DNA of 64,000 nucleotides, from assembly GCA_002748425.1 (NCBI GenBank), contig PDSJ01000029.1, positions 9,066 to 73,065 of the forward strand. Reading direction: 5' to 3'. Of the stretch, positions 50,205-59,370 are shown piece by piece. The notes under the pieces are model-generated. The model worked only from the letters and a program-made list of their open reading frames with translations, ran no database searches and was not told the origin of the DNA. Numbering within the stretch: the first letter of the stretch is position 1; the number at the start of each line of letters is the position of its first letter. Both the position numbers and the translations under genes were made by a program. This DNA comes from a candidate division KSB3 bacterium. GTDB taxonomy: Bacteria; Moduliflexota; Moduliflexia; Moduliflexales; Moduliflexaceae.

Positions 50205-50490
50205 ATGGGGAAAACGCGTAAAACACACAGTCCCGACTGTACGACCAAAGTGGCTCTGACGGCACTTCAAAACGACGAAACGCCCTCTCAGAGAGCCAGT
50301 CGTTTCCGTGTCCAACCGACGATGGGTTCCAGCTGGAAGCGGCAAATGGTGGAAGATGCCGCCGCTGTCTCTGACAAAAACACGAGCTCAAAGAAACCAG
50401 GCGGAAGCCAATTACTCTTATCGCCAACCGCCAATTCAACAAAAAGAGAGGGGTATTTGGGTTTACCTTGCCCGCTCGCTGAGGCTGCCT
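50205..50490 (+). pseudogene. Degenerate IS3-family transposase orfA (HTH) remnant; frameshifted and lacking orfB/DDE
   Basis: MGKTRKTHSPDCTTKVALTALQNDETPSQRASRFRVQPTMGSSWKRQMVEDAAAVSDK matches the IS3/IS911 OrfA pattern (..KVALEAL....T..ELA..F.VHP..I..WKKQ..E.A..VF). The next frame continues ..YRQPPIQQKERGIWVYLARSL, comparable to the leucine-zipper ..YRQIGQLKVERDFLA.. No DDE catalytic ORF follows. Confidence 0.55.
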
Positions 50491-50647
50491 GATGCGTATT
50501 GCTATCTTTTTCACTTCAGGACTGGTAGCGTATCACAGATTTCTTCATGCGATGTGTTTGAGCAATGTATGAATATGCTTTTCTTCACGTGACCCGGAAA
50601 TCCGTCTGAAGAACGCCCGGGCGTGTAAAATCCACCCTATAAGAGGC

Positions 50648-51583
50648 TCAATCCTGCAAAAGATCAACAGCAGCTTCCCCAGGCGGCCGGGTTTTCCAAC
50701 GATTATGGATCCAGAACCACTGATCAGGATACCTTCGGATGACATCCTCAATAATTTTGTTGAATTTCTCCGTATTCACCGCAATATCTTTCTGAAAATT
50801 GCCACTGCGCTCAATCTCGATTTCCGGGCCGAAAAAGAGCTTATGCCTATCAAAGCCCGTCCGAATAATGAATCCGGGAACGACCGGCACGTTGTAGCGT
50901 AAGGCGAGGATCGCAATAACCGGAGTAGTACATGCAGCTTTTCCAAAAAAATCAACGAAAATGCCTTTGCTGCGCAGGGTATTCTGATCCATCAGAATGC
51001 CGACCCGCTCGCCTTTTTTCAAGGCGGCCAGAATCTGTCTCAGACCGTTTCCCCGATAAATGAGCGGATTGCCGAACATCATACGGCGTTTGCAGATTTG
51101 CTCGTTCAAATAAGGGTTATCGAGCGGACGCATGACTGTATGAATCAGATAACCAGCGGCGGAATAGGCATGCGATGAGAACTCCCAGCAGCCCAGATGA
51201 CCGGTAAGATACACCAGCCCCCGACCTTTATCCTTTGCAGCCCGGCAGTACTCTTCGCCGACAATTTCCACTTTTTCCAGCAAGGCTTCCCGACTGATTT
51301 TCGGCATGCGCAGCGTTTCAATCAGTGTCTTACCTAAATTTTTAAAGGTGGTTTTCAGAATTGCTTTGCGCCCTGCATCAGACAATTCGTCTCCAAAAGC
51401 CACCTGCAAATTCTTCAGGCCGATGGCCCGGCGGGACGGCAGGAGGTAATATAACAAGCGTCCAATCGTCTCTCCGGCGCGCAATGCGATTCTGTGGGGG
51501 AGCATGTAGAAAGGCGCGGCAACGATGACTACAGCCGCATATTCAAGGAATTGCAGAGTTTTCAGCTTTTTCAGTTTCATCAC
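50648..51583 (-). CDS. Lysophospholipid / lipid A late acyltransferase (LpxL/HtrB family)
   Basis: N-terminal TM helix, HX4E motif GHLGCWEF, and C-terminal PDQWFWIHNRWK, typical of the Lip_A_acyltrans family. Confidence 0.8.
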   Translation of the reverse strand: MMKLKKLKTLQFLEYAAVVIVAAPFYMLPHRIALRAGETIGRLLYYLLPSRRAIGLKNLQVAFGDELSDAGRKAILKTTFKNLGKTLIETLRMPKISREALLEKVEIVGEEYCRAAKDKGRGLVYLTGHLGCWEFSSHAYSAAGYLIHTVMRPLDNPYLNEQICKRRMMFGNPLIYRGNGLRQILAALKKGERVGILMDQNTLRSKGIFVDFFGKAACTTPVIAILALRYNVPVVPGFIIRTGFDRHKLFFGPEIEIERSGNFQKDIAVNTEKFNKIIEDVIRRYPDQWFWIHNRWKTRPPGEAAVDLLQD

Positions 51584-51592
51584 ATGCTCGCG

Positions 51593-52573
51593 TTAAAGGA
51601 TTTGCTGGACAGCAGCAATGACAGCAGCATGCAGGTGTCCGTTCGTCGCAACCACTCCGACATTCTTGAATAAGCGCCGTCCCAGCGAAAAATCCAGCGT
51701 TCTCCCATACACGTCGGTCACGTTTCCACCAGCCTCGCGAATCACGGCAACCCCGGCAGCGTGATCCCAAATACAGGAATAATAGCCCGGTGGGGTCAAG
51801 CGCAGGTAAATCGAGGCGTCACCCCCCGCAACAACGGCATATTTACATTGGCTGTCAATGTGGTACGCTGGAGTGCTTATCCCAAGAATCCCGGCAATTT
51901 TTGCATGCTGATCATGTGCGACATGAGCGGCTTCAACGGAATCGCAGAACCTCGCGTTTGACGGATCAGTGACGGAATCGACATGCGCGATCTGTTCGCA
52001 CCCGCCGTTTAAAGGGCGCATAACAGCGCCCCTGTCTTTCACAGCGATAAACAGCATCCCCTTCCCTCGTCCAGAATGCTTATCATCTTCAGGAAGATTC
52101 GGGCATCCCAGCACGCCCAGAACCGGCTGTCCATCTTCGACCAATGCCAGGGCGACAGCATATTGGTCTCCCCGCAGAAAGCCTTTTGTGCCGTCGATCG
52201 GATCGAGTGTCCAATAGCGCTGCCTAAAATCACCGGATCGTGCCCCGTAGTCGATCGCGTTAAGAATCATCTCTTCCGTCAAATCAGTTTCGAACAATTG
52301 AACCAGGCTAACAACCTCATTTTTCAGGGGCTGCTGGTCCTCCCGACGAAGAAGTGAAGCTTCCTCTTCGCCGATAATCGTATCATTGGGAAAAATCGTC
52401 CGCAAACGGGAGATGATCAGAGCCTGCGACCCAAAGTCAGCGACTGTGACGGGCGATGCATCCAACTTGGCAACGGTCAGGGGGCCGGCAATTCGATTCT
52501 GAACATTTCTGCATAAACAACAGGCTTCAGTCACTGCCTCAATTGCGACAGCTCTTTCACGTTCGAGATACAT
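51593..52573 (-). CDS. 3'(2'),5'-bisphosphate nucleotidase, HAL2/SAL1-like (inositol monophosphatase superfamily)
   Basis: WTLDPIDGTKGFLRGDQYAVALAL, GCPNL, DSQCKY, YLRL and IWDHAAG..IREAGG. Confidence 0.8.
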   Translation of the reverse strand: MYLERERAVAIEAVTEACCLCRNVQNRIAGPLTVAKLDASPVTVADFGSQALIISRLRTIFPNDTIIGEEEASLLRREDQQPLKNEVVSLVQLFETDLTEEMILNAIDYGARSGDFRQRYWTLDPIDGTKGFLRGDQYAVALALVEDGQPVLGVLGCPNLPEDDKHSGRGKGMLFIAVKDRGAVMRPLNGGCEQIAHVDSVTDPSNARFCDSVEAAHVAHDQHAKIAGILGISTPAYHIDSQCKYAVVAGGDASIYLRLTPPGYYSCIWDHAAGVAVIREAGGNVTDVYGRTLDFSLGRRLFKNVGVVATNGHLHAAVIAAVQQIL

Positions 52574-52636
52574 ACACTTTCAGCATTTTTTCACACATAA
52601 TACGTGTAAAAAACACTACAGAGAACACATCCTCAG

Positions 52637-53671
52637 CTATCTTCCAAGGCTTTCCCGGACAAAATTTTTCATGTGGGAGGTCGGGATTCCTAAAAAAGAG
52701 TCGCGATACAAGAGATCACAAGTGGCACAAGGATTTAACGCTTTGTAATCTTTAGTTTTCATTTTCCTGCGCAGCTCGACGGTCTCTTCGCCAAGCCAGA
52801 CTTCACGGATTGTAGACTCATTCAGATTCCCCAGGCAAAGATTATTATAAAAATCCTGCGGACAGGGCGAAACATTCCCGTTCCAGAATACAACCATCGC
52901 ATACCAGGGAAAGGTGCATGCGCAGAATTTTTCAGGATGCAGCGGATTGCCGTCGGCATCATACGTACCTGCCCAGTTATGCGGGGCTTTTAAGACAAAC
53001 TTATCAAGCGGCAAGTCATTGAATTGTTTTTGAAACTCCAGTTGTTGCGGAGTTTTTTGCAACTGAGAGGCCGGAGTGCCTGGTTTTGCCGTAAAGTCGA
53101 TCACCTCAAAGACTGTAAACGGCCGTTCAAGCCCTTTTTCCTGCTTCAAACGCAAAAAATTGAGAATATTTGCCAAGGTGTGCTCGAAATTCGCTCCACG
53201 ACGGATGTCTTCATAGGTTTTTTTCTCGTAACCATCAAAAGAAAACGACAGAAAATCCAAACCTGCTTCCAGGATCCCCTTTGCTTTTTCCTCATCCAGA
53301 CGGGTTGCATTCGTATGCATGCGTGTGTAAATCCCTGCGCGTTTGGCGTAACGAATCATCTCAATAATCTCTGGATGGAGCAGGGATTCTCCGCTGTGAT
53401 GGAGATTCATGTCATAGACAGCATATTTCGCCTCATCTATGATCTTCTGAAAGAGCGAGAATTTCATAACACCGCGCGTAAACTTGATATCCTCGCGGCT
53501 TTGAGGACACATCACGCAGCTGAGGTTACAGGCATTCGTCGGTTCGACCCACATGCGTATCGGCATGTAAGCCGGTTTCAGATTTCGGGTCCAATACCCG
53601 CCTGCCATCTGGGCCAGTCGTACTGTATGTCCAAGTGTATTCATATAAATAACTGGAAGCACATGCAGCAC
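52637..53671 (-). CDS. Radical SAM enzyme with a C-terminal SPASM domain
   Basis: CNLSCVMC (Cx3Cx2C). SPASM cysteines in CTFPWY ... NGNVSPCPQD ... CLGNL ... NPCATCD. Start is GTG 53671 or ATG 53644. Confidence 0.8.
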   Translation of the reverse strand: MLHVLPVIYMNTLGHTVRLAQMAGGYWTRNLKPAYMPIRMWVEPTNACNLSCVMCPQSREDIKFTRGVMKFSLFQKIIDEAKYAVYDMNLHHSGESLLHPEIIEMIRYAKRAGIYTRMHTNATRLDEEKAKGILEAGLDFLSFSFDGYEKKTYEDIRRGANFEHTLANILNFLRLKQEKGLERPFTVFEVIDFTAKPGTPASQLQKTPQQLEFQKQFNDLPLDKFVLKAPHNWAGTYDADGNPLHPEKFCACTFPWYAMVVFWNGNVSPCPQDFYNNLCLGNLNESTIREVWLGEETVELRRKMKTKDYKALNPCATCDLLYRDSFLGIPTSHMKNFVRESLGR

Positions 53672-54090
53672 ACGCTATCGTCGACTTTTCGTCCGACAAC
53701 GACGATGCGTGCCGTACAACGTTCTGAAGATGCTCTCAATTACACGCAAGACGCGCACAGACTCTCTTTTGATTGTTAAATTTTACGGAACAAGGAAGGT
53801 GTCAAGCAAAACTGTAGAAAATTTAATGCAGAAAGAAGCAAACAATCCGCGCGAATTTTTCATATAAGGGTCGTGACATGTCAAAGCGTCTCATCGATTA
53901 TCTCCCTCACTCCCTCTTTCATTGATGCACAAACAGCGTTAATTCATCACCAACGCGCTCTCTTTTTGTCTCATGACAAAAATGAAATTTTTCTTGACAC
54001 CTTTTCCGCTAAAAGGTCAGAATTTTTTCTGTCGATTATTCAGCAGTATGTTTTCAACCCTGATGCACTCACTAAGGAGAATATGCTATT

Positions 54091-55071
54091 ATGAAAAAGA
54101 TGCTCTGCTTCATCATTGTCTGCCTCTTCATCAGCACTGGAATCAATCATGCATCCGCCCAGCGTCCGGATCAGTTGAAATTTGTCGCCGGGCCTCCTGG
54201 AGGAACCTGGTTTTCGATGGGTGGAACTATTTCAGACGTCATGACCAAGGAAGTCATCCCCACGACATCATCGACCGGCGGAGGAGTTAGCAATGTGGTC
54301 AACATCAGCCGGGGCAAAGCGGATTTAGGGCTTTCTGCAGCCGTACTCGGCACTCCGGCTAAAACCGGAGAAACCCCATTCAAGTCACCTCTTCCCAACA
54401 GTATGCGCCTGGGAAACTTGTACAAACAATACCTGTATGTTGTGATCCGCAAGGACTACGCTCAAGAGCATAAGGTCACAACGCTGGGCGACATCTTTCG
54501 GCAGAAGCTGCCAATCCGAATGGCTATGCTGAAACCGGGAACCGTGAGCGAATTCGTGGTTCGACAGACCCTTGCTGCCTATGATGTCAGCTATGATCAG
54601 ATCAAGGAATGGGGCGGAAAGATTGAATTTGCCTCATATTCCGACGGCTCAAACCTGCTGGCGGATAATCATATCGACGCTTTTGCGTTTACCGTATCAA
54701 GTCCGGCCTCAATTGTCCTCAAAATCGAAACGCAGGTTGATATCGAAATTCTTCCGACTGATCAGGACGTTCTCGACAAAATGAAAGAACGCATGGGCAC
54801 CACGACTCACAACATCCCAAAGGGTATGTATAAATGCGCTGTTGAAGATATTCCTGTTGTCGGGGACTATACCGTAATTCTGATCCGAGGCGACTTGCCA
54901 GACGAACTGGTGTACGAGATGACTAAGGCCTTGTTTGAGAACAAAACTACGCTCGCACAGTCCATTAAGGCCCTGGAAGCCTTGAATCCTCAGGACGCGG
55001 CTGCAGAAAACGCCTTTGTTTTACATCCCGGCGCGTTAAAATACTACAAAGAAATCGGCGCAGTGCAATAA
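54091..55071 (+). CDS. TAXI-family TRAP transporter solute-binding protein
   Basis: Signal peptide MKKMLCFIIVCLFISTGINHASA. The segment FVAGPPGGTWFSMGGTISDV ... STGGGVSNV is typical of the TAXI family. Confidence 0.85.
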   Translation: MKKMLCFIIVCLFISTGINHASAQRPDQLKFVAGPPGGTWFSMGGTISDVMTKEVIPTTSSTGGGVSNVVNISRGKADLGLSAAVLGTPAKTGETPFKSPLPNSMRLGNLYKQYLYVVIRKDYAQEHKVTTLGDIFRQKLPIRMAMLKPGTVSEFVVRQTLAAYDVSYDQIKEWGGKIEFASYSDGSNLLADNHIDAFAFTVSSPASIVLKIETQVDIEILPTDQDVLDKMKERMGTTTHNIPKGMYKCAVEDIPVVGDYTVILIRGDLPDELVYEMTKALFENKTTLAQSIKALEALNPQDAAAENAFVLHPGALKYYKEIGAVQ

Positions 55072-55206
55072 TTTCAACTTTGGATACGCTATCAGACAGT
55101 CCGATGCTTGCAACCCTGACGGCGCGAAACAGAGCTAATTAAACGCTGATGTGCTTCAGACCTGTCAGGCTCTGATGTCTGACAGGTCAACAACGAAGGA
55201 GATATT

Positions 55207-57051
55207 GTGAGAACACTTCACGGCTGGCAGCAGCGCACGACCTATGTTTTTATCCTGGCGATGGGAGTCTTCCACCTCTACACAGCGATTTTTGGCGTTA
55301 AAGAGGCGTATTTACAGCGTATGATTCATTTAACCTTTGTGCTGCCGCTGGTGTTCCTCCTCTATCCAATCAGCAAAAAATCCCCCAAGGACTCTATTCC
55401 TCTCTACGATTGGATTCTGGCCGTGATTTCGCTTCTGCCAGGAGTCTATGCGATCGTCAACTATGAAGAGATTTCACTGCGGATCGTCCAGGTCGACGCG
55501 GTCACTCCGCTCCAGCTTTTTTTCGGAATCCTGTTAACTCTGACGCTTTTTGAAGTCACGCGGCGGGTCGTTGGCTGGCCTTTATCGCTGATCGCCATTG
55601 TCTTCACGACCTATATGCTCTACGGCTATCTCCTGCCCGGTATGCTGAAAGGCTTTCAGTTCAGCATCCAGGAAGTTGTCGAAGAGTTGTATCTTACCGG
55701 GGAAGGGATTTTCGGAATCCCATTAGGAGTTTCTGCAACCTTTGTCATGATCTTCCTGATCATGGGCGGCTTTCTGAATGAAAGCGGCATTGGGGAATAC
55801 TTCATGGAGATGGCGGTCGCGCTGACAGGAAAAAGCCAGGGTGGGCCAGCGAAAATTGCTGTGGCATCGAGCGGCCTGTTCGGCATGCTGTCGGGAAGCG
55901 CCGTCGCCAATGTTTACGGAACCGGGACCTTCACGATTCCTCTCATGATCAGAATCGGCTACCAGAAAACCTTTTCCGGAGCGGTTGAAGCGGTTGCCTC
56001 CAGCGGCGGGCAGATTATGCCGCCGATCATGGGAGCCTCGGCCTTTATTATTGCCTCGTTTTTAGGAGTTCCCTATAAGGATGTCATGATTTCAGCCTTT
56101 GTCCCGGCGATTTTCTTCTTTTTTGCTATCGGTATGATGGTGCATTACCGGGCAGTACGCCTGAATCTCCGAGGGATGAGCGCTGAAGAACTTCCCGACA
56201 AAAAGCAGATTTTAAAAAAAATCTACCTCCTCATTCCTGTCATCGTTCTGATCGTGTTGCTGTTGGCGGGTTATACCCCGATGTGGGCGGCCACGCTTGG
56301 AATCCTCGCATCTGTCCTGGTCTCGCTCCCGCATAAAGATCATCGCATGGGCCCCAAAAGCATTCTTAATGCGATTGTGTTCGGCAGCAGAAACGTCCTG
56401 GTCGTTGCCGTGGCTTGCGCTTCAGCAGGAATCGTTGTGGGCTCAGTAACACTGACCGGTTTCGGCTTCAAGTTTGTCACTGCCGTCTTTTCGCTCAGTC
56501 AAAACCTTCCTTTTCTCGCCTTGATATTAATTATGATCGTATGCATTATTTTGGGAATGGGGCTCCCGACGGTCGGTGCATATATTTTAGCCTCCGCGCT
56601 CGGAGTGCCTGCCCTGATAAAACTCGGGTTCAATCCCATGGCCTCGCACCTGTTCATCTTCTATTTTGCGATCGTCTCTGCCATTACGCCACCAGTGGCA
56701 TTAGCCGCTTATGCTGCATCGAGCATTTCAAAAGCTCCTCCCATGCAAACGGGTTTTGTCGCCTCGCGCTTGGGCTTCGCCGCCTATATCATGCCTTTTG
56801 CATTCATCTATGAACCAGGATTCCTGCTGCAAGGCTCCTTGCTCACTAATATTATTGCAGTAGGCTTCGGAGGAGTTGCCGTCGCCGGACTAGCCTTTGC
56901 CCTGGAGGGATTTATCGTCAGGCCCTTAAAATATTGGGAGCGGGGCATACTTATTCTTGGCGGCGTGTTTGCCTTATTTCCGGGAATCTGCTTTAAAATT
57001 ACCGGACTCGTCCTGATGGCGATCGCCTACGTCTTTGCCCGGAAACTGTAA
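55207..57051 (+). CDS. TRAP transporter fused 4TM/12TM permease (TAXI-type DctQM fusion)
   Basis: 614 aa polytopic protein immediately downstream of the TAXI binding protein. GTG start preceded by AAGGAGA. Confidence 0.85.
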   Translation: MRTLHGWQQRTTYVFILAMGVFHLYTAIFGVKEAYLQRMIHLTFVLPLVFLLYPISKKSPKDSIPLYDWILAVISLLPGVYAIVNYEEISLRIVQVDAVTPLQLFFGILLTLTLFEVTRRVVGWPLSLIAIVFTTYMLYGYLLPGMLKGFQFSIQEVVEELYLTGEGIFGIPLGVSATFVMIFLIMGGFLNESGIGEYFMEMAVALTGKSQGGPAKIAVASSGLFGMLSGSAVANVYGTGTFTIPLMIRIGYQKTFSGAVEAVASSGGQIMPPIMGASAFIIASFLGVPYKDVMISAFVPAIFFFFAIGMMVHYRAVRLNLRGMSAEELPDKKQILKKIYLLIPVIVLIVLLLAGYTPMWAATLGILASVLVSLPHKDHRMGPKSILNAIVFGSRNVLVVAVACASAGIVVGSVTLTGFGFKFVTAVFSLSQNLPFLALILIMIVCIILGMGLPTVGAYILASALGVPALIKLGFNPMASHLFIFYFAIVSAITPPVALAAYAASSISKAPPMQTGFVASRLGFAAYIMPFAFIYEPGFLLQGSLLTNIIAVGFGGVAVAGLAFALEGFIVRPLKYWERGILILGGVFALFPGICFKITGLVLMAIAYVFARKL

Positions 57052-57093
57052 GCAAGAAAACAGATGGAATCGAAAGCATGTCTCATCGCCCGT

Positions 57094-57387
57094 TTATTTT
57101 TCCCGGAGCAGCGTTCCAAGGCCTGCAAAAGGCTTGTGGGTACTGATTGGCACGTCCTCATTTGCCGAAAGCGTTTCAGCTTCCAGCTCGCGGGAATGTT
57201 CGTTATCATGGCAATAGATGCATAACATCTCCCAATTGCTGCCGTCAGGTGGATTGTTCAGAAAATTATGGTCTTTGTGGTGAACCGTCAACTCCCGAAG
57301 TTTCTTGCCGGAAAATTCGCGGCCGCATTTCGCACAGACCCAGGGTAGAATTTTTAATGCCTGCTCTCGATATTCTATTTTCTGCAT
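57094..57387 (-). CDS. yajD: YajD-family HNH endonuclease
   Basis: CAKCGREF ... TVHHKDHN ... NWEMLCIYCHDNEH. Confidence 0.8.
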   Translation of the reverse strand: MQKIEYREQALKILPWVCAKCGREFSGKKLRELTVHHKDHNFLNNPPDGSNWEMLCIYCHDNEHSRELEAETLSANEDVPISTHKPFAGLGTLLREK

Positions 57388-57464
57388 GTGTGGTTTTCTC
57401 CTGATAATTTTGCCAAAACATCATGGTGCCATCAGCCGGCGAGCATTAGAGCAGATCGAGCCTC

Positions 57465-58007
57465 TCAACTGTTCTGAAGACGCCAACGCTTCATCTGCCG
57501 GAGATACATTTGCCGGATGTGTAATAACTCGCGATCGTAGCGTCCGGTTTTAAAATCCGGGAAGGTCCAGTGAAACGGTTGATAACGGCCTTTTTCATAG
57601 CGTCCCAGCAGATCCGCGTAAATGCCGTTAGCGATATAAATTTTCTGGCCTGCGCCTTTGGCCGATGCCAGCACGAGCTTATTGTGGTCCAGATATCCAG
57701 CATCGAGGTTGATGATCCGCTGCCCCTGCTGAGCCGTGGCATTCTCGATCTCGTTACAGCGTAACTTCATCCCGACCAGCTTTGTTGGCATCATAAGGGT
57801 TTCAAATGCCACAAGGCGTCGATAGAGAGGTGCTCCCATTTCCGGCTCATAATAATCGCTGATATCGAAGAGATGATCCTCTCCTTCAAAATCAAAGGCT
57901 CCCCAGCATTCCATCAAGGCGCGTTTTCCTTGTTCAAGGTCTTCAGGCCTCCGAAATAATATCGCCACAAAATATTTCAAGGCTTCAGGAGCAGACGTTC
58001 GGGCCAT
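57465..58007 (-). CDS. DUF4416-family protein (function unknown)
   Basis: Pattern FDISDYYEPEMG ... INLDAGYLDHNKLVLASAKG ... GIYADL ... FPDF, as I recall for DUF4416. Needs an HMM check. Confidence 0.6.
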   Translation of the reverse strand: MARTSAPEALKYFVAILFRRPEDLEQGKRALMECWGAFDFEGEDHLFDISDYYEPEMGAPLYRRLVAFETLMMPTKLVGMKLRCNEIENATAQQGQRIINLDAGYLDHNKLVLASAKGAGQKIYIANGIYADLLGRYEKGRYQPFHWTFPDFKTGRYDRELLHIRQMYLRQMKRWRLQNS

Positions 58008-58037
58008 AGTCTCAATGTCCTTTTCATGATATGACGG

Positions 58038-58883
58038 TTACAGCAACGACAGTGCCCGGGACATAATAGCGGCATCAATCCCTAAATTGAGGCTCACAAG
58101 AGCCTGGTCCTCAGCAGACGCAAGCTGTTCTTTCCGACTGCCGGCGGCATTGCGGATCCGTAAGGTGTTACCTTGCAGGTAATAATGCGCCCCCTGACAA
58201 TAGCGTGTCAGCACCGGGAAGGTCATCATTTCCCAGGCAAAAGACCGTTCCCAGGCTCTTCGAAAAGCTGGTCCGTCGACCGGGCTGATTTTATAGCTCA
58301 GGCGGAAACGGCGGCTGTTCTGACTCAGGGTATATAGTTCGACCTGTGTTCCCCCTGCTTCAGGGACAAGTTCAAAACGATTCACGCCGTTCGAGCACGT
58401 GACAGCTGCTGTTGTCGGGAGCGCGACAGGAGTCGTAATAAGATAGCCGGGATCCAGCAGAAGGAACTCTCCGGCTTGTGGGAACAGCAGGGCACAGTGC
58501 GTATCGCTGCCGTAACTCCGGTCTGCCAGAATAGGGAACGCGTCAAATTCAAAAGCGTTCAGCAGCGCGATGCACGTTGCGGTCAGGGAAAAACACGTGC
58601 CCCCGCAGCCATATCTCAGAAAGTCGTGCAACACTTCATCCGGCATCCGTTTGGCACTCACAGGGCTTAAAACCGAATCAGATTTGATAATCTTTGTCAG
58701 GTTTTCGTAGGGGATACTTGAAAATGCCGTACAGAGCTTTTTAAGGAGAAGGGTGCTACCAATACGAGAGGGCTCGATGGCAAAACGTTCTAAAAAATTC
58801 GATAAGAGCGCAGGGTTTTGGATCGAAAAATGTGGATCCGCGCATGACTTGTGACTAAAATACAGAGTAGTTTCTGACTGCAA
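58038..58883 (-). CDS. Arylamine N-acetyltransferase (NAT) family protein
   Basis: IPYENL, candidate catalytic Cys in GCGGTCFSL, His in THCALLF, and Asp in LLDPGY. The TTG start in the track is doubtful. Confidence 0.6.
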   Translation of the reverse strand: MQSETTLYFSHKSCADPHFSIQNPALLSNFLERFAIEPSRIGSTLLLKKLCTAFSSIPYENLTKIIKSDSVLSPVSAKRMPDEVLHDFLRYGCGGTCFSLTATCIALLNAFEFDAFPILADRSYGSDTHCALLFPQAGEFLLLDPGYLITTPVALPTTAAVTCSNGVNRFELVPEAGGTQVELYTLSQNSRRFRLSYKISPVDGPAFRRAWERSFAWEMMTFPVLTRYCQGAHYYLQGNTLRIRNAAGSRKEQLASAEDQALVSLNLGIDAAIMSRALSLL

Positions 58884-59052
58884 CCTTGAGCCCTCGTCAT
58901 CCCATGCAGACGACGTTCGGCACGCAGCCTTATCAACGTCGAGTCTATGAGAGCAAGCTCTTTGTTTTCCTCAAGAACACCTGTGAGGCAGCAACTGCTT
59001 GTTAAAAGAACGCATTTCAGAGCATGACAGCCTTGAGAGCAGTGCAGGAATG

Positions 59053-59150
59053 TGGCGGGGGCGCATCGGAATCGAACCGACCCAGGACAGTATTAATGCC
59101 CCACACTGGATTTGAAGTCCAGGAGCGTCACCAGACCGCTATCCACCCCC
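59053..59150 (-). tRNA. selC: tRNA-Sec (anticodon UCA), 98 nt including encoded CCA
   Basis: Reverse complement: GGGGGTGGATAGCGGTCTGGTGACGCTCCTGGACTTCAAATCCAGTGTGGGGCATTAATACTGTCCTGGGTCGGTTCGATTCCGATGCGCCCCCGCCA. The anticodon loop is CUUCAAA on a CUGGA/UCCAG stem. It has a long variable arm, a GGTTCGATTCC T-loop and an extended acceptor stem, and is collinear with E. coli selC. Confidence 0.9.
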
Positions 59151-59167
59151 ATCCTGTGACAGAAAAT

Positions 59168-59195
59168 ACCTTATGATTGTCTTAAAAAAAGTCAA
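59168..59195 (-). promoter_or_regulatory. Candidate promoter for selC
   Basis: Minus strand TTGACT (59195-59190), 16-nt spacer, TAAGGT (59173-59168), about 17 nt before the tRNA 5' end. The -10 is weak. Confidence 0.3.
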
Positions 59196-59370
59196 GCATT
59201 TTTTCCGATTCTTTAGTATTGAAATATTTTGCTCCTTGTAAAATCGTTGGATCGCCACTATGGAAAAAGTGAACTGAATTGTGTCATCGATTATTTATGG
59301 CCGTGCCGCATGAGTCTTGAGAGGGGAGCAGCTTCTCAAGGTCCATGTGAGACAGGGACAAGAAAGAGCT

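Noticed and set aside
53024-53779. 251-aa plus-strand ORF
   Set aside because: It is antisense to the radical SAM/SPASM gene, which has clear Cx3Cx2C and SPASM cysteine motifs. No motifs appear in the antisense translation.
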